DNA from: Octopus bimaculoides
Lineage: Eukaryota
Assembly (NCBI RefSeq): GCF_001194135.2
Contig: NC_068987.1
Span: 59,788,368 to 59,852,367, forward strand
Reading direction: 5' to 3'
DNA: 64,000 bases
A program made the position numbers and the translations under genes. The notes below the pieces were generated by a model, which saw only the letters and a list, made by a program, of their open reading frames with translations, was not told the DNA's origin and searched no databases. This document shows positions 13,631-25,269 of the stretch, piece by piece (within the stretch, counting starts at the first letter, position 1; each line of letters begins with the position of its first letter).

Positions 13631-13770
13631 CCCTTCACTATCCGTCTATCGAATCCATTCACAAAGCTTTAGTCATCCCGGTGCTATAGTAGAAATAAAG
13701 GTGCCGCGTTGTGGGACTCCACCTGAAACTATATGGTTGGAAAGCCAACTTCTTACTACACAGCGATGCC
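13631..13770 (-). mobile_element. Decayed SINE of the 9139 family
   Basis: Retains 'ccattcacaaagcttt..gctatagtagaa..ggtgccgcg..gtgggact..tggttggaaagc'. Confidence 0.7.
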
Positions 13771-14265
13771 GCACACAAACACACCCAGACACAGACACAG
13801 ACTGACAGACAGGCAGACAGACAGACAGACATACAGACACACACACACACACACACATACACACACACACACACGNNNNNNNNNNNNNNNNNNNNNNNNN
13901 NNNNNNNNNNNNNNNNNNNNNNNNNNNNNNNNNNNNNNNNNNNNNNNNNNNNNNNNNNNNNNNNNNNNNNNNNNNNNNNNNNNNNNNNNNNNNNNNNNNN
14001 NNNNNNNNNNNNNNNNNNNNNNNNNNNNNNNNNNNNNNNNNNNNNNNNNNNNNNNNNNNNNNNNNNNNNNNNNNNNNNNNNNNNNNNNNNNNNNNNNNNN
14101 NNNNNNNNNNNNNNNNNNNNNNNNNNNNNNNNNNNNNNNNNNNNNNNNNNNNNNNNNNNNNNNNNNNNNGAATTACGCAAAAATGAAAATAACACTGACA
14201 TCTTATTTTAAAAGATATATTTACTAAAATTGCATAAAAATATCTTGAAATACTAATGAGTAAAT

Positions 14266-14790
14266 TTATTTAATAAAATCATCATTGGCTTCACCAATAA
14301 CCTTCAGATGACTTCGGAATCTCCTGCAACTCTTCTGGACGGTCTCTTTGCTTAAGTTGGTGAATGTTGCCATAATCTTTGCCTTCAGCTCATCTTTCGT
14401 GTTACAAGAAGTTTTGTTGGTCTCTCGCTCAACTATGCCCCACACATAATAATCAAGAAGGATACAATCTGGAGAGTTAGGTGGCCAGATGTTAGGGGTG
14501 ATGTGGTCGCAAAAATTGTCTGACAGGCATGACTGAGTTCTCCTGCTTGTCTGACATAGTGCAGAGTTCTATAGGGTCTTTCAGCAGCCACCCTCTTGAC
14601 CTAGGGCAGCACTGCCTCCTCCAGGCACTTGATGTAGGCCTCCGTGTGGAGTCTGAGGCTGAGAAGATGAATGGAGGCATAACGTCGCCATCACTAGTGA
14701 TCACTCCAAACATCATGATGCTGGCTGGATGTTTGATTTTTATCACTCCCGGTACAGAGTGCATTGACCTCAGATTGACACCCAAACACG
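14266..14790 (-). mobile_element. Tc1/mariner superfamily transposase remnant, maT-type (DD37D), C-terminal part
   Basis: Translates IKHPASIMMFGVITSDGDVMPPFIF ... (N)SALCQTSRRTQSCLSDNFCDHITPNIWPPNSPDCILLDYYVWG ... EANDDFIK*. There are 37 residues between the second (mutated D to N) and third Asp. Confidence 0.85.
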
Positions 14791-15964
14791 CATTACTTTT
14801 ATCTATATAAAATAAGTTCTTGTTGAATTATTTCTTAGTACTTAACCAGAAACTTTCGCCTGTATATAATGTTTTGCTTCTATATTTTTCTTAATACTCA
14901 ACGAGTAATATTTCCACTATTTATCGATTTTCTCCTATCTACGTTTGACTTCTCCACTAACTCAAGGTAGACATTGATTTTCACCCACATTTGAAATAAA
15001 TAACCGGTAGCGTGTAACACATTCAAAAAGTTACTTGTGTTGATTTGCGCTTTCTTTCTTTTTTTGTTTACGAATAACTTCTTTTTTATCTTTACTAAAC
15101 CTCTAAAAGATCATTGACTTCAATGGAGCAAGTTTCCAGTTTCAGCAAAGCTAGATTAGATTGGTATGAAACTTGAAACGCCAATTAAATATATATATAT
15201 ATANNNNNNNNNNNNNNNNNNNNNNNNNNNNNNNNNNNNNNNNNNNNNNNNNNNNNNNNNNNNNNNNNNNNNNNNNNNNNNNNNNNNNNNNNNNNNNNNN
15301 NNNNNNNNNNNNNNNNNNNNNNNNNNNNNNNNNNNNNNNNNNNNNNNNNNNNNNNNNNNNNNNNNNNNNNNNNNNNNNNNNNNNNNNNNNNNNNNNNNNN
15401 NNNNNNNNNNNNNNNNNNNNNNNNNNNNNNNNNNNNNNNNNNNNNNNNNNNNNNNNNNNNNNNNNNNNNNNNNNNNNNNNNNNNNNNNNNNNNNNNNNNN
15501 NNNNNNNNNNNNNNNNNNNNNNNNNNNNNNNNNNNNNNNNNNNNNNNNNNNNNNNNNNNNNNNNNNNNNNNNNNNNNNNNNNNNNNNNNNNNNNNNNNNN
15601 NNNNNNNNNNNNNNNNNNNNNNNNNNNNNNNNNNNNNNNNNNNNNNNNNNNNNNNNNNNNNNNNNNNNNNNNNNNNNNNNNNNNNNNNNNNNNNNNNNNN
15701 NNNNNNNNNNNNNNNNNNNNNNNNNNNNNNNNNNNNNNNNNNNNNNNNNNNNNNNNNNNNNNNNNNNNNNNNNNNNNNNNNNNNNNNNNNNNNNNNNNNN
15801 NNNNNNNNNNNNNNNNNNNNNNNNNNNNNNNNNNNNNNNNNNNNNNNNNNNNNNNNNNNNNNNNNNNNNNNNNNNNNNNNNNNNNNNNNNNNNNNNNNNN
15901 NNNNNNNNNNNNNNNNNNNNNNNNNNNNNNNNNNNNNNNNNNNNNNNNNNNNNNNNNNNNNNNN

Positions 15965-16076
15965 GATGATGATTATAGTAAGAGTGGTGATAATGTTGGT
16001 GATGGTAGTGGTTATAATGGTAATGTTTGTGATGCTGGAAGTGATGATGATGATGTTGATGATGATGATGATGATA

Positions 16077-16118
<42 letters not shown>

Positions 16119-16218
16119 CTGATGATGATGATAATGATTGCAATGGGGATGCTGCTGTTGCTGATAATGATGATGACGACGACGACGACGACGACGACGA
16201 CGATGATGACGACGATGA
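15965..16218. repeat. Degenerate (GAT)/(GAC)n trinucleotide repeat
   Basis: Visible repeat; explains the poly-Asp, poly-Met and poly-Ser pseudo-ORFs. Confidence 0.9.
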
Positions 16219-16608
16219 GAATAAGGAAGACGGTGATGTGATAGTGGTGGCGGTGGTGGTGGTGCAGTGATTCTCTGGAAGTATTAATGATGAGGGTGAG
16301 GGTGGTGATGCTGGTGGTGGTGGGACGTCGGTGTGGTTGGCGACGTTGATGGTCTTTAAGAGATTTGTATGGCTGTGACTATCCAAGCATAGATGAAGTA
16401 AAAGAAAAAAAAATATCAGTTGTTGTTGTTGTGAGATGTAAGTTGAAAGAGCTGCCACCGTTTATTTCAGATGCAGTAACTCAGACAACACTAAACAATA
16501 TCTCATTCCAGTTTTTAAAGATGTTTACGTGAAATTTCAATGAGCTAACACTACTGCTAATTATGGATCATCCAACTTCTTGTTATTTGCCCTCTACATC
16601 TTCTTCCA

Positions 16609-16639
<31 letters not shown>

Positions 16640-16659
16640 ATCATCATCAACATCATCAA

Positions 16660-16691
<32 letters not shown>

Positions 16692-16718
16692 GCATCATCA
16701 TCATCATCATCCTCATTC

Positions 16719-16761
<43 letters not shown>

Positions 16762-16845
16762 AATCATCATCATCATCTTCTTCTTCTTCTTCTTCTTCTT
16801 CTTCTTCTTCTTCTTCTTCTTCTTCTTCTTCTTCTTCTTCTTCTT
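16609..16845. repeat. (CAT)n then (CTT)n compound microsatellite
   Basis: Visible tandem repeat. Confidence 0.97.
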
Positions 16846-17120
16846 TCTCACCCCATCGTTCTTCCTCTCGTTCTTCGTCTTCTCTACATCTAATCTCAAC
16901 CTACTCCTGTTTGATCAAAATATATGAGGCGTAGATATTTGGTCTACGAAGATTCCCGTCGATTAGAGTTTCATCTCGCTACTTTTAACATACAGTCTCA
17001 TATACACACCATAGGTATACAGTTACAAGTTTCATCAACGATAATTGGGATTGAATAGTAAATATGGATCCCCAAGGGAATTATGGAAGACAAGTCAGTT
17101 AAAAATATCCTGTATCTAAT

Positions 17121-17158
<38 letters not shown>

Positions 17159-17499
17159 TTCACTGTTTAATTTTTCCAGTCTTGGTTTTTGTTTGCTACT
17201 TTAGAATCCTCCGCTTAGCAGGTTAATCCACTTCATGGGAAGAGCTATTCTAAGAGCGCGTTCTGCCTCATCTTCGAAACGCCTAGTTTAGAATAGAGGC
17301 AGCTGATGAAGGGAAAGTTCCTTAAGTGGCTTGTCTGTTTTCCTATGTGTTCATTCTGTTGTCCGTAAAAAAAAGTCCTTTTTTGTGCTTTGTTTATGTT
17401 CCCGTTCCTTTTTTGTCCACGTTTTTTGACGTCCTGTATCCGGATATGCATCTAATATAGATGTAGGTATGTAGATATATGTATGTATACATGCATATG

Positions 17500-17568
<69 letters not shown>

Positions 17569-17573
17569 CTCAC

Positions 17574-17939
17574 AAGGGAAATTATAGAAGGAACACGTCT
17601 AGGCAATCAATATAAACTCCAAAGCACAGTTTAAAACACACAACGAAATAAACATACATATAAATTTATAAATCAATCAGTGAACAAAATTACATGTAAA
17701 AGTCATGTCTGAAAACTATGCAACATGTACATTGGGTTCAGGTACCGAATGTACATGATGTATAGTTTTCCCATATGACTTTTACATGGAATTTTGTTCA
17801 CTGATTTATAAATTTATATGCATATTTATTTCGTTGTGTGTTTTAAATTTATATGCATATTTATTTCGCTGTGTGTTTTAAATTATGCTTTTAGAATCTG
17901 TATTGATTGCTTAGATGTGTTCCTTCTATAATTTCACTT
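17574..17939. mobile_element. Foldback / MITE-like long inverted repeat
   Basis: Left end aagggaaattatagaaggaacacgtctaggcaatcaata matches the reverse complement of the right end (aagtgaaattatagaaggaacacatctaagcaatcaata). Arms pair inward to catgtacatt/aatgtacatg around a ~14-nt loop (17734-17747). The right arm carries a 35-bp tandem duplication. Confidence 0.85.
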
Positions 17940-18217
17940 ATCCTTCGATTTAGTTCGCAATGAGCACTTCTTAATACAGCTCATATATTGTGAAGTATAC
18001 TTAAAAACATATTTTATAAGAAAATTTAACTTGATCTATATATATATATATTTATCTAAAAATGGAATTAATTATCTTAAATTATATATATNNNNNNNNN
18101 NNNNNNNNNNNNNNNNNNNNNNNNNNNNNNNNNNNNNNNNNNNNNNNNNNNNNNNNNNNNNNNNNNNNNNNNNNNNNNNNNNNNNNNNNNNNNNNNNNNN
18201 NNNNNNNNNNNNNNNNN

Positions 18218-18284
<67 letters not shown>

Positions 18285-19160
18285 ATGTATGAATCTATGT
18301 ATTTCTGTTTGTGTTTGTATGTGCATATCTCTATTCGTATTGGAATATGGTATTTGTATATCGTGTAATGTGAACTGGATCAACTAGAGTTAGTTGCAAT
18401 TGTCGTGGCCATTGCACAGTGTAAGCGACAATATACGAACCATCTACGGATACATGCTTTCTTCTTAGTAAAACCTGTGCACACCTGATTATCCAATGTT
18501 AGCTACTTCAGTAACCATGCGGATTGAGCGGGTCAATGGTTGTTAGTGTCAATGTTAGACAACGTTAGTATCCATTTTCTTTTACGTGTGTGAGTGTGTT
18601 AGGATGAATGTCATGCTAACAGATGCAAAATTATAAGATCGTGAAGGTCATTCATAATTTAGCCGCCATCCATAGCGACTTATTTGATTCAAATCGACTG
18701 AAATCCATGGAACATGTTATTTTTGCCATAATTATATGTCAAACTAAGTAAAGTAGCGAACGTTTCATTTCATATATGTTTGGAGTGTATATATAATTAA
18801 TAAAGAAAGCACCATGTCGGATGTATTGATTATGCGCTGACGTCATACGCCCTTACAAGTTTTTATTGTCTAATCAGCGTTGATTTTTATTACAAATGAG
18901 TGTATCACTGCTTTCAGTGTTTTAATCACATCGACATTATAATTAATAATCCTGTCAACTACAGTAACTGCATTTTGTTACATCTTGTCATATGATCTAG
19001 CAACCACCGCCCACTGTTCTTTGTAATTGAGGCATGTGTAGTTGAGCTTAAACAAATAAGTGCCCAATGCCACACATGCATGCATACGCTCATACGCACT
19101 CTTACACAGACATACACACACTCACACTCACACTTATATAGGTGTATATGTGAGTGTGCG

Positions 19161-19194
<34 letters not shown>

Positions 19195-19401
19195 CATATA
19201 TTTATATGTATACATACATACACACACACATATATATATACATATTCATATGCGCACACACATACATAAGTATGTATAAATACAAATATATATATATAAA
19301 TATATACATGTGTCTTAATCGATCTCCATGTGCAAGTAGTAGTTATAAGAGGAGAATTGGAGAATAAAAACAAGAGTATGAGGTTGAGGAGCACCAACAA
19401 C

Positions 19402-19522
19402 AGTAGTAGTAATAGTAGTAGTAGTTGTTGTTGTTGTTGTTGTTGTTGTTGTAGTAGTAGTAGTAGTAGTAGTGGTAGTAGTAGTAGTAGTAGTAGTAGC
19501 AGCAGCAGCAGCAGCAGCAGCA
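19402..19522. repeat. (TAG)/(TTG)/(CAG) compound microsatellite
   Basis: Visible tandem repeat. Confidence 0.95.
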
Positions 19523-20520
19523 GGCAAGATGTTTGCTTGTACGGACGGGAAATGAGAACTCAGATTGTATTAATATTTTACGGTTTCAAATATCACTTAG
19601 TCACTTTGTAGAATCTCATTGCTTTAAATGAGAAATCCTGAGTAGTGATTAACGATCCTTTCCCGAGAACATTAAATATACATATATACATCCACACACC
19701 TACACATACACACACGCACACGCACNNNNNNNNNNNNNNNNNNNNNNNNNNNNNNNNNNNNNNNNNNNNNNNNNNNNNNNNNNNNNNNNNNNNNNNNNNN
19801 NNNNNNNNNNNNNNNNNNNNNNNAACACATACGCGCGCATATATATCTATGTCCATCTCTCCCTGTATATATGATCCTCCAAAAGTATTATATATCAATA
19901 TATATATATTTATATATATGAACACACACACACACACATATATATATGTGTGTGTGAATATATATGTGTGTATGTGTGTATGTGTGTATGTATGTATGTA
20001 TGTATGTATGTATGTATGTATGTGTGTATGTATGTATCCACTTGTATGTGTGTGCACATTCGAATTGATAAAGGAGTGGACAACGTATTCAAAACAAGAG
20101 CAATATTTTTCGTTGCGCTGAAATCCATCTCTTTTGCAATGAATATCAAGAGTGTCGCTGTTCATGTAACATACATGCATAAATGAATAAATGCGTCACA
20201 CATACATACATACATACATACATACATACATACATACATACATAAAACAACTAATGAATTTGAGGAGGAACATGAACTAAGAGCTGATACATATCTCACC
20301 CGAAGGAGCATTGAAAAATTCTATTACAAAATAGAAAAAATAGAGCAATTCAATAAGAAAATAGTGCGTAGTAGCTGGTGTGAAAGATACAAATCACAGA
20401 AGGAATTGATTATCTCAAAAGCATGGCATAAGTAAGACTTACCAATCTGAAGGCTACCTGCATGCAATTCAGGAATAATAGACCTCCATGTAGTGCCTAC
20501 AGCATAAAAGGCAGAAAAAA

Positions 20521-20695
20521 TTGGTTTCAAATGTTAGCACAAGGCCAGTATTTACATCGACCCCTATATTGAACCCCGGAAGGATGAAAAGAAAAGTCGA
20601 GCTCGGCGAAATATGAGCTCAGAATGTAAAGCCGGACGAAATACCGCTAAGTATTTTACCCGGTGCGGTAACGATTGTGCCAGCACGCCGTCTTA
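20521..20695 (-). mobile_element. Decayed tRNA-SINE with Nin/Deu-like central domain
   Basis: Minus strand includes 'cgactttt..tttcatccttccgggg', resembling the Nin/Deu domain (from memory). Same family as 59040 and 60945. Confidence 0.7.
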
Positions 20696-20744
20696 AAAGT
20701 AGAAAGCATTGACAGCAAATGTAGACTGTACTAAACTAAGTCTT

Positions 20745-21280
20745 AAGACATCAACCGTGTTATTTCCAACTGTGAGAGAATATCTTCCAGATGTTATCCA
20801 TCCATGGAACATGATGCTGCAGCCAGAACAATCTGGATAACATAAAAGGAAAATACCAACTGATCGAGTTGACTATACTGAGACCAATGTGCCAAAAGAA
20901 TATTCGTAAGAACTTAGAAAAGCTACGAAGTTGAAACGCATCCCGCACGATATTGCTTTGTGGAACCACAAGAAAAAGATGCGGTGAGCAGTAGAAGTCA
21001 GTTGCCTTCTGAACACCAATATGATCAGAAAAATGAAAGAGAAAGAGGATATACACAGACTATTGATAAGGAGTATGCAAATCCAGTGCTGAAGTTGTAT
21101 TTTCAGCTTCATACCAATCATTATTGGAGCGAGAGGAGATATGTATCAATCTATATGGAGCAAAGTATGGCTGAACTTGGATTCTTGTAGAGAGAACGCA
21201 ACACCTTAATTCGTACTGTATAAATGATCGCGATATCTGAGACCATAAGTATCTATATGATTTTCCTATGATTTAAAGGA
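20745..21280 (+). mobile_element. Decayed 3' end of an RLE-type (R4/Dong-like) non-LTR retrotransposon
   Basis: Frameshifted remnants of C..S.(Y)...HD.AARTIW, HDIALWN...AVEVSC...KEKED, FSFIPIIIGARG, homologous to the C-terminus at 55300-55990. Confidence 0.7.
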
Positions 21281-21769
21281 TGATGGAGAAAACAAAACGC
21301 TTTCTTTCATAACCTTGATACCAAGCAGGTTCACTGGTCAAAATCAACTTTAAATTGAAAAAGAACATATACACGCATACATACATACATACATACATAC
21401 ATNNNNNNNNNNNNNNNNNNNNNNNNNNNNNNNNNNNNNNNNNNNNNNNNNNNNNNNNNNNNNNNNNNNNNNNNNNNNNNNNNNNNNNNNNNNNNNNNNN
21501 NNNNNNNNNNNNNNNNNNNNNNNNNNNNNNNNNNNNNNNNNNNNNNNNNNNNNNNNNNNNNNNNNNNNNNNNNNNNNNNNNNNNNNNNNATATATACATA
21601 TATATATTGGGTAATCCCATAAATGATGCGGTTTTTTCAATTGCATGAACAAAACGTTGGAGGGGGATGGGATAAACTACCTGCATCAACTTGATATAAA
21701 AGCAGGTAGTAATTTTAGCCTGTTCTTATTGCTAGTGCAAGTTTTGAAAATCTGTAGGACGTCCTGCAA

Positions 21770-22315
21770 ATCCTGGTGAAACAAAATCCCATCGTAACTG
21801 TTGAGGAAGTAGCAGAGTAGCTTGGATTTGGACATTCAACCCTTCATCGACACCTGCGTACCATCGAAAAAGTCAACAAATTGGGTCAATAGGTTCCTCA
21901 CAAACTTTCCGAGTCTAATCATGCGCAGAGAGTGAATGTGTGCCCTTCTTTGTAGTCACGTTTCACAAATGAACCATTCTTGGACCGAATAGCGATTGGT
22001 GACGAGAAATGGGTTCTCTATAAAAATGTCAAGCACCGAAGACAGTGGGTAGGGAAAAGTGAAACACCGGCTAAAGCAGGTCTTCACTGACGTAAGATGT
22101 TGTTATCTGTTTGGTGGTATTTGAAAGGTTTAGTCTACTTTGAACTTTTAATCTCAAACCAAACGATAACAAAGATTTACTGCGAGCAGCTTGAACGGCT
22201 TAAGTCAGCGCTAGAAGGACAACGACCATCTTCGGTTTCAAGACGAAAGGTGTTCTTCCATCAGGATAATGCTCGCCCACATACAGAGAAGATGACATTT
22301 CAAAGGCAGAAGCAG
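21770..22315 (+). mobile_element. Mariner transposase remnant
   Basis: Motifs Q*VPHKL (WVPHEL), IGDEKWVLY, KMLLSVWW and FHQDNARPH. Truncated before the third Asp; contains stops. Confidence 0.9.
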
Positions 22316-22589
22316 ATTTTTTTCTGATTCTTAGCTTATAACTAATATAAAGATAGCATGATTTATCACCCCAGTATTTCATAAGTAAATACCCAGAGCA
22401 ATCTTTATAGAAATCACCTTATAAGTAAATAATTAAATACAGGTTTGAATATTAAACTAATTTTGTGTAATCTTCTCTTTTTAATGTTGAAAATTGGTAT
22501 ATATACACAGTTTATATGTTCTGTTTATAATATCATTTTTAGTAATCTAAAATTTAATCTTCATACAACATAACAATATTGTGGTTTTC

Positions 22590-23790
22590 GGCCCTCCTGG
22601 GGCACAGTTGATTGTATCTATGCTGTTAGACAATTACAAGAAAAGTGCATTGAACAGAACCTTGCTATACACCATTGCTTTGTTGATTTGAGCAAAGCAT
22701 TCGATATTGTTAATCGAAATGCTCTGTGGCCAATTCTAAGGAAAATAAGTTGCCCAGAAAAATTTGTAAACATGATCAGACAAGATATGAAAGCAGGAGT
22801 TAACGTTGTTGGTAGGCTCTCTGAATCAATCTGCAATTGACTCGGCTTGTGATGATTTGAGCTTGACCGACAACTTCAATAAAAAAACAGTTTTAGTACA
22901 TCAACCTGCGTGTGGTGCTGCTTGTAACCCCACTAAAATTTTGTTAAGGGTAAGTTACTTGAGGTTGTCGATTCGTTCATCTGCTCTGTTCAAAATGATG
23001 GAAATCTTGATACAGAAATACAGCTGCGAATTCAAAGAGCAGCAAAAGCATTTGATGGCTTGGAGTCACGCGTTTAGTGCTAGCGACATATAAATAAGAA
23101 TACAAAGCTGGCTCTTTACTAATCATTTGTCTTACCATCTATGTTGTATTCCTGTGAAACTTGGACTTGTTACGAAAGGCATTTTAAATTGTTAGAACAA
23201 TTCCATCAAAAAGTGCCTTCATCGCATTTTAAAAATTCAATGGCGTTCTTTTACTCCAAACACAGATGTCCTTGCAACTGCAGGCATCACCTCAATTAAA
23301 GCTCAATTAAAGCTATGATTTTGAGGAACCAAATGAGATGGTGTTGCCATATTGTTCAAATAGAAGATGAACGCATGCCGAAACAGCTGTTTTATGGTGA
23401 GTTTGCAGAGGGAAAACGCTATCTGCGTAAACCTAAAAAAAGTTTAAGGACGACATAAGGACTACTATGAAGTCACTTGGACTGGATCCAGAAAACATAG
23501 AAAGCCTTGCTTCGGATCGAGTTGGATGGTGAACAAAAGTGTCGAGTGGAGTGAAAGCATTTGAAGAGGCCAGGATAACGTATGTAAGACTCAAAAGAGA
23601 TCTAAGGAAGAATGTAACGATCGAGAAGGTGAATGAAAATGACCTTTTTGTGTGCACAGTCTGTGACAGACCATGCTTGTCTTTTTTGCTGGGTTCAAAT
23701 CTCATCTGCGAACCCATGGAAAACGAACCTTCACCAACTATTCTACCTATATGTCTGTTCATACCTTTGAATGCAGTGTATACCAGAAGA
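22590..23790 (+). mobile_element. RTE-clade LINE remnant (partial RT, thumb, C-terminal C2H2-like finger)
   Basis: DCIYAVRQLQEKCIEQNLAIHHCFVDLSKAFDIVNRNALW; LYSCETWTCYERH; RMPKQLFYGE; CTVCDRPCLS/(frameshift)AGFKSHLRTH. Internal deletions and stops. Confidence 0.9.
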
Positions 23791-23814
23791 TTTGCAAATT
23801 CAACGGATTTAAAA

Positions 23815-24449
23815 TTTTCTGAATCTTCAGATTTTTCAATTTGCTAGGCCACTGGTTTTAAATTGATATTAATCAAATTAATATTCAATTTTTTCACCCT
23901 TATTATTTAAATTTAAATAACTATGTTCTATAACCATCAAAATTCACTGCAGAGAATTATTTTCTGCAGAATTATTTCCGGTATTTGGCGCGCCAAAACG
24001 AAGACGTTTGAAATATAACCCCAAATGTAATTGGTAGAACAATATACATGTTCAATCTCATGCGGACGTCTCGTGTATAGTTCTGCATATTATATTGCAA
24101 AGGACGATCATACTGAAGAGTTGCAGACAATTACGTAAGTAATTACGCAAGTAGTTAACAACGAAACCGGTCTATGATTAATTCTTTATATTTTGTATCT
24201 TTCCATTTGTCTTGCTCGCTTACGTTCTGATGTTTGGTGAATTTTCTTGAGACCAATCTTTTCTTAGTGGTCAGACCGTAGGTGGTTTTCTTGTAACAAA
24301 AGGGATATCCACTTAGTGGTCATCCCTCTTATATGTATGTAATATAATTTTTCTGAATCTTCAGATTTTTCAATTTGCTAGGCCACTGGTTTTAAATTGA
24401 TATTAATCAAATTAATATTAAGTTTCTTTCCCCTTATTATTTAAATTTA
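23815..24449 (+). mobile_element. Non-coding retrozyme / Penelope-pLTR-like unit with 101-bp terminal direct repeats
   Basis: 23815-23915 matches 24349-24449 with 5 mismatches (period 534 bp). Contains a hammerhead, has no ORF, and is followed by (TA)n. Confidence 0.7.
24107..24178 (+). ncRNA. Type I hammerhead ribozyme with canonical core
   Basis: Helix I ATCATA/TATGAT; CTGAAGA; helix II GTTG/CAAC with a 35-nt loop; GAA; palindromic helix III ACCGGT; GUC cleavage triplet (predicted cut after 24172). Confidence 0.85.
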
Positions 24450-25121
24450 TATATATATAAATATATACATACACAAATATGCACACAATTAAGTCATTCA
24501 GACAATTAGAAAGAATTTTTAACGATCCCAACAAACTTTCCATTTGAAGACATATTCTCCTCTTTGAACAATTTAATCAATGGACATTATTATTTAACTG
24601 AATTACAAATATATATGATATATTTAAGAGAAATACATTGGGATTCTTTAAAGCATAAATTGGCTTTGTCATTTTAGAAACAATAATAAACAGTTAATTC
24701 CGATTTAGTTTTTCCTTTATTCTCTTTAATCATTGTCCTGCAGCCATTCTGTGTCACGCGCATACTCACGCGCACAGACTGAGTACAGTTTGCGCACATG
24801 TGTGCTGAGCACACTGGTGCGATGTGAACAGGAACGTCTTACCCATGACACAACGTTCCTATCAGGTCCAGAAATTAAGTACACGGCTTATGATGGTGGG
24901 CTCAAAATTATAACAGCATCACGCGGTTTTATACATAAGAGAATTATACACACACATACGTATATGTGAATATGTATGTTGCATGTTTGAATGTATGTAT
25001 GTATGTATGTATGTATGTATGTATGTATCTATGTATCTATCTATCTATCTATCTATCTATCTGCCTGTCTGTCTATATCTATCTGTCTATCTGTCTGTCT
25101 ATCTACATGTATATGTATGTA

Positions 25122-25171
<50 letters not shown>

Positions 25172-25269
25172 AACATATATACATACATACACGCATGCAT
25201 ACATACATATATATTTCACTGCGCAATGCCTAATTTTATATCCTAATTCAGCTTCACTAATCCTTCAGC

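Noticed and set aside
15965-16270. Poly-Asp peptide resembling acidic biomineralisation proteins
   Set aside because: Explained by a degenerate (GAT)n repeat that is open in several frames; no signal peptide or splice context is visible and the 5' side is a gap.
18838-18845. Perfect CRE palindrome TGACGTCA
   Set aside because: A single 8-mer is expected about once by chance in 64 kb, and there is no supporting context.
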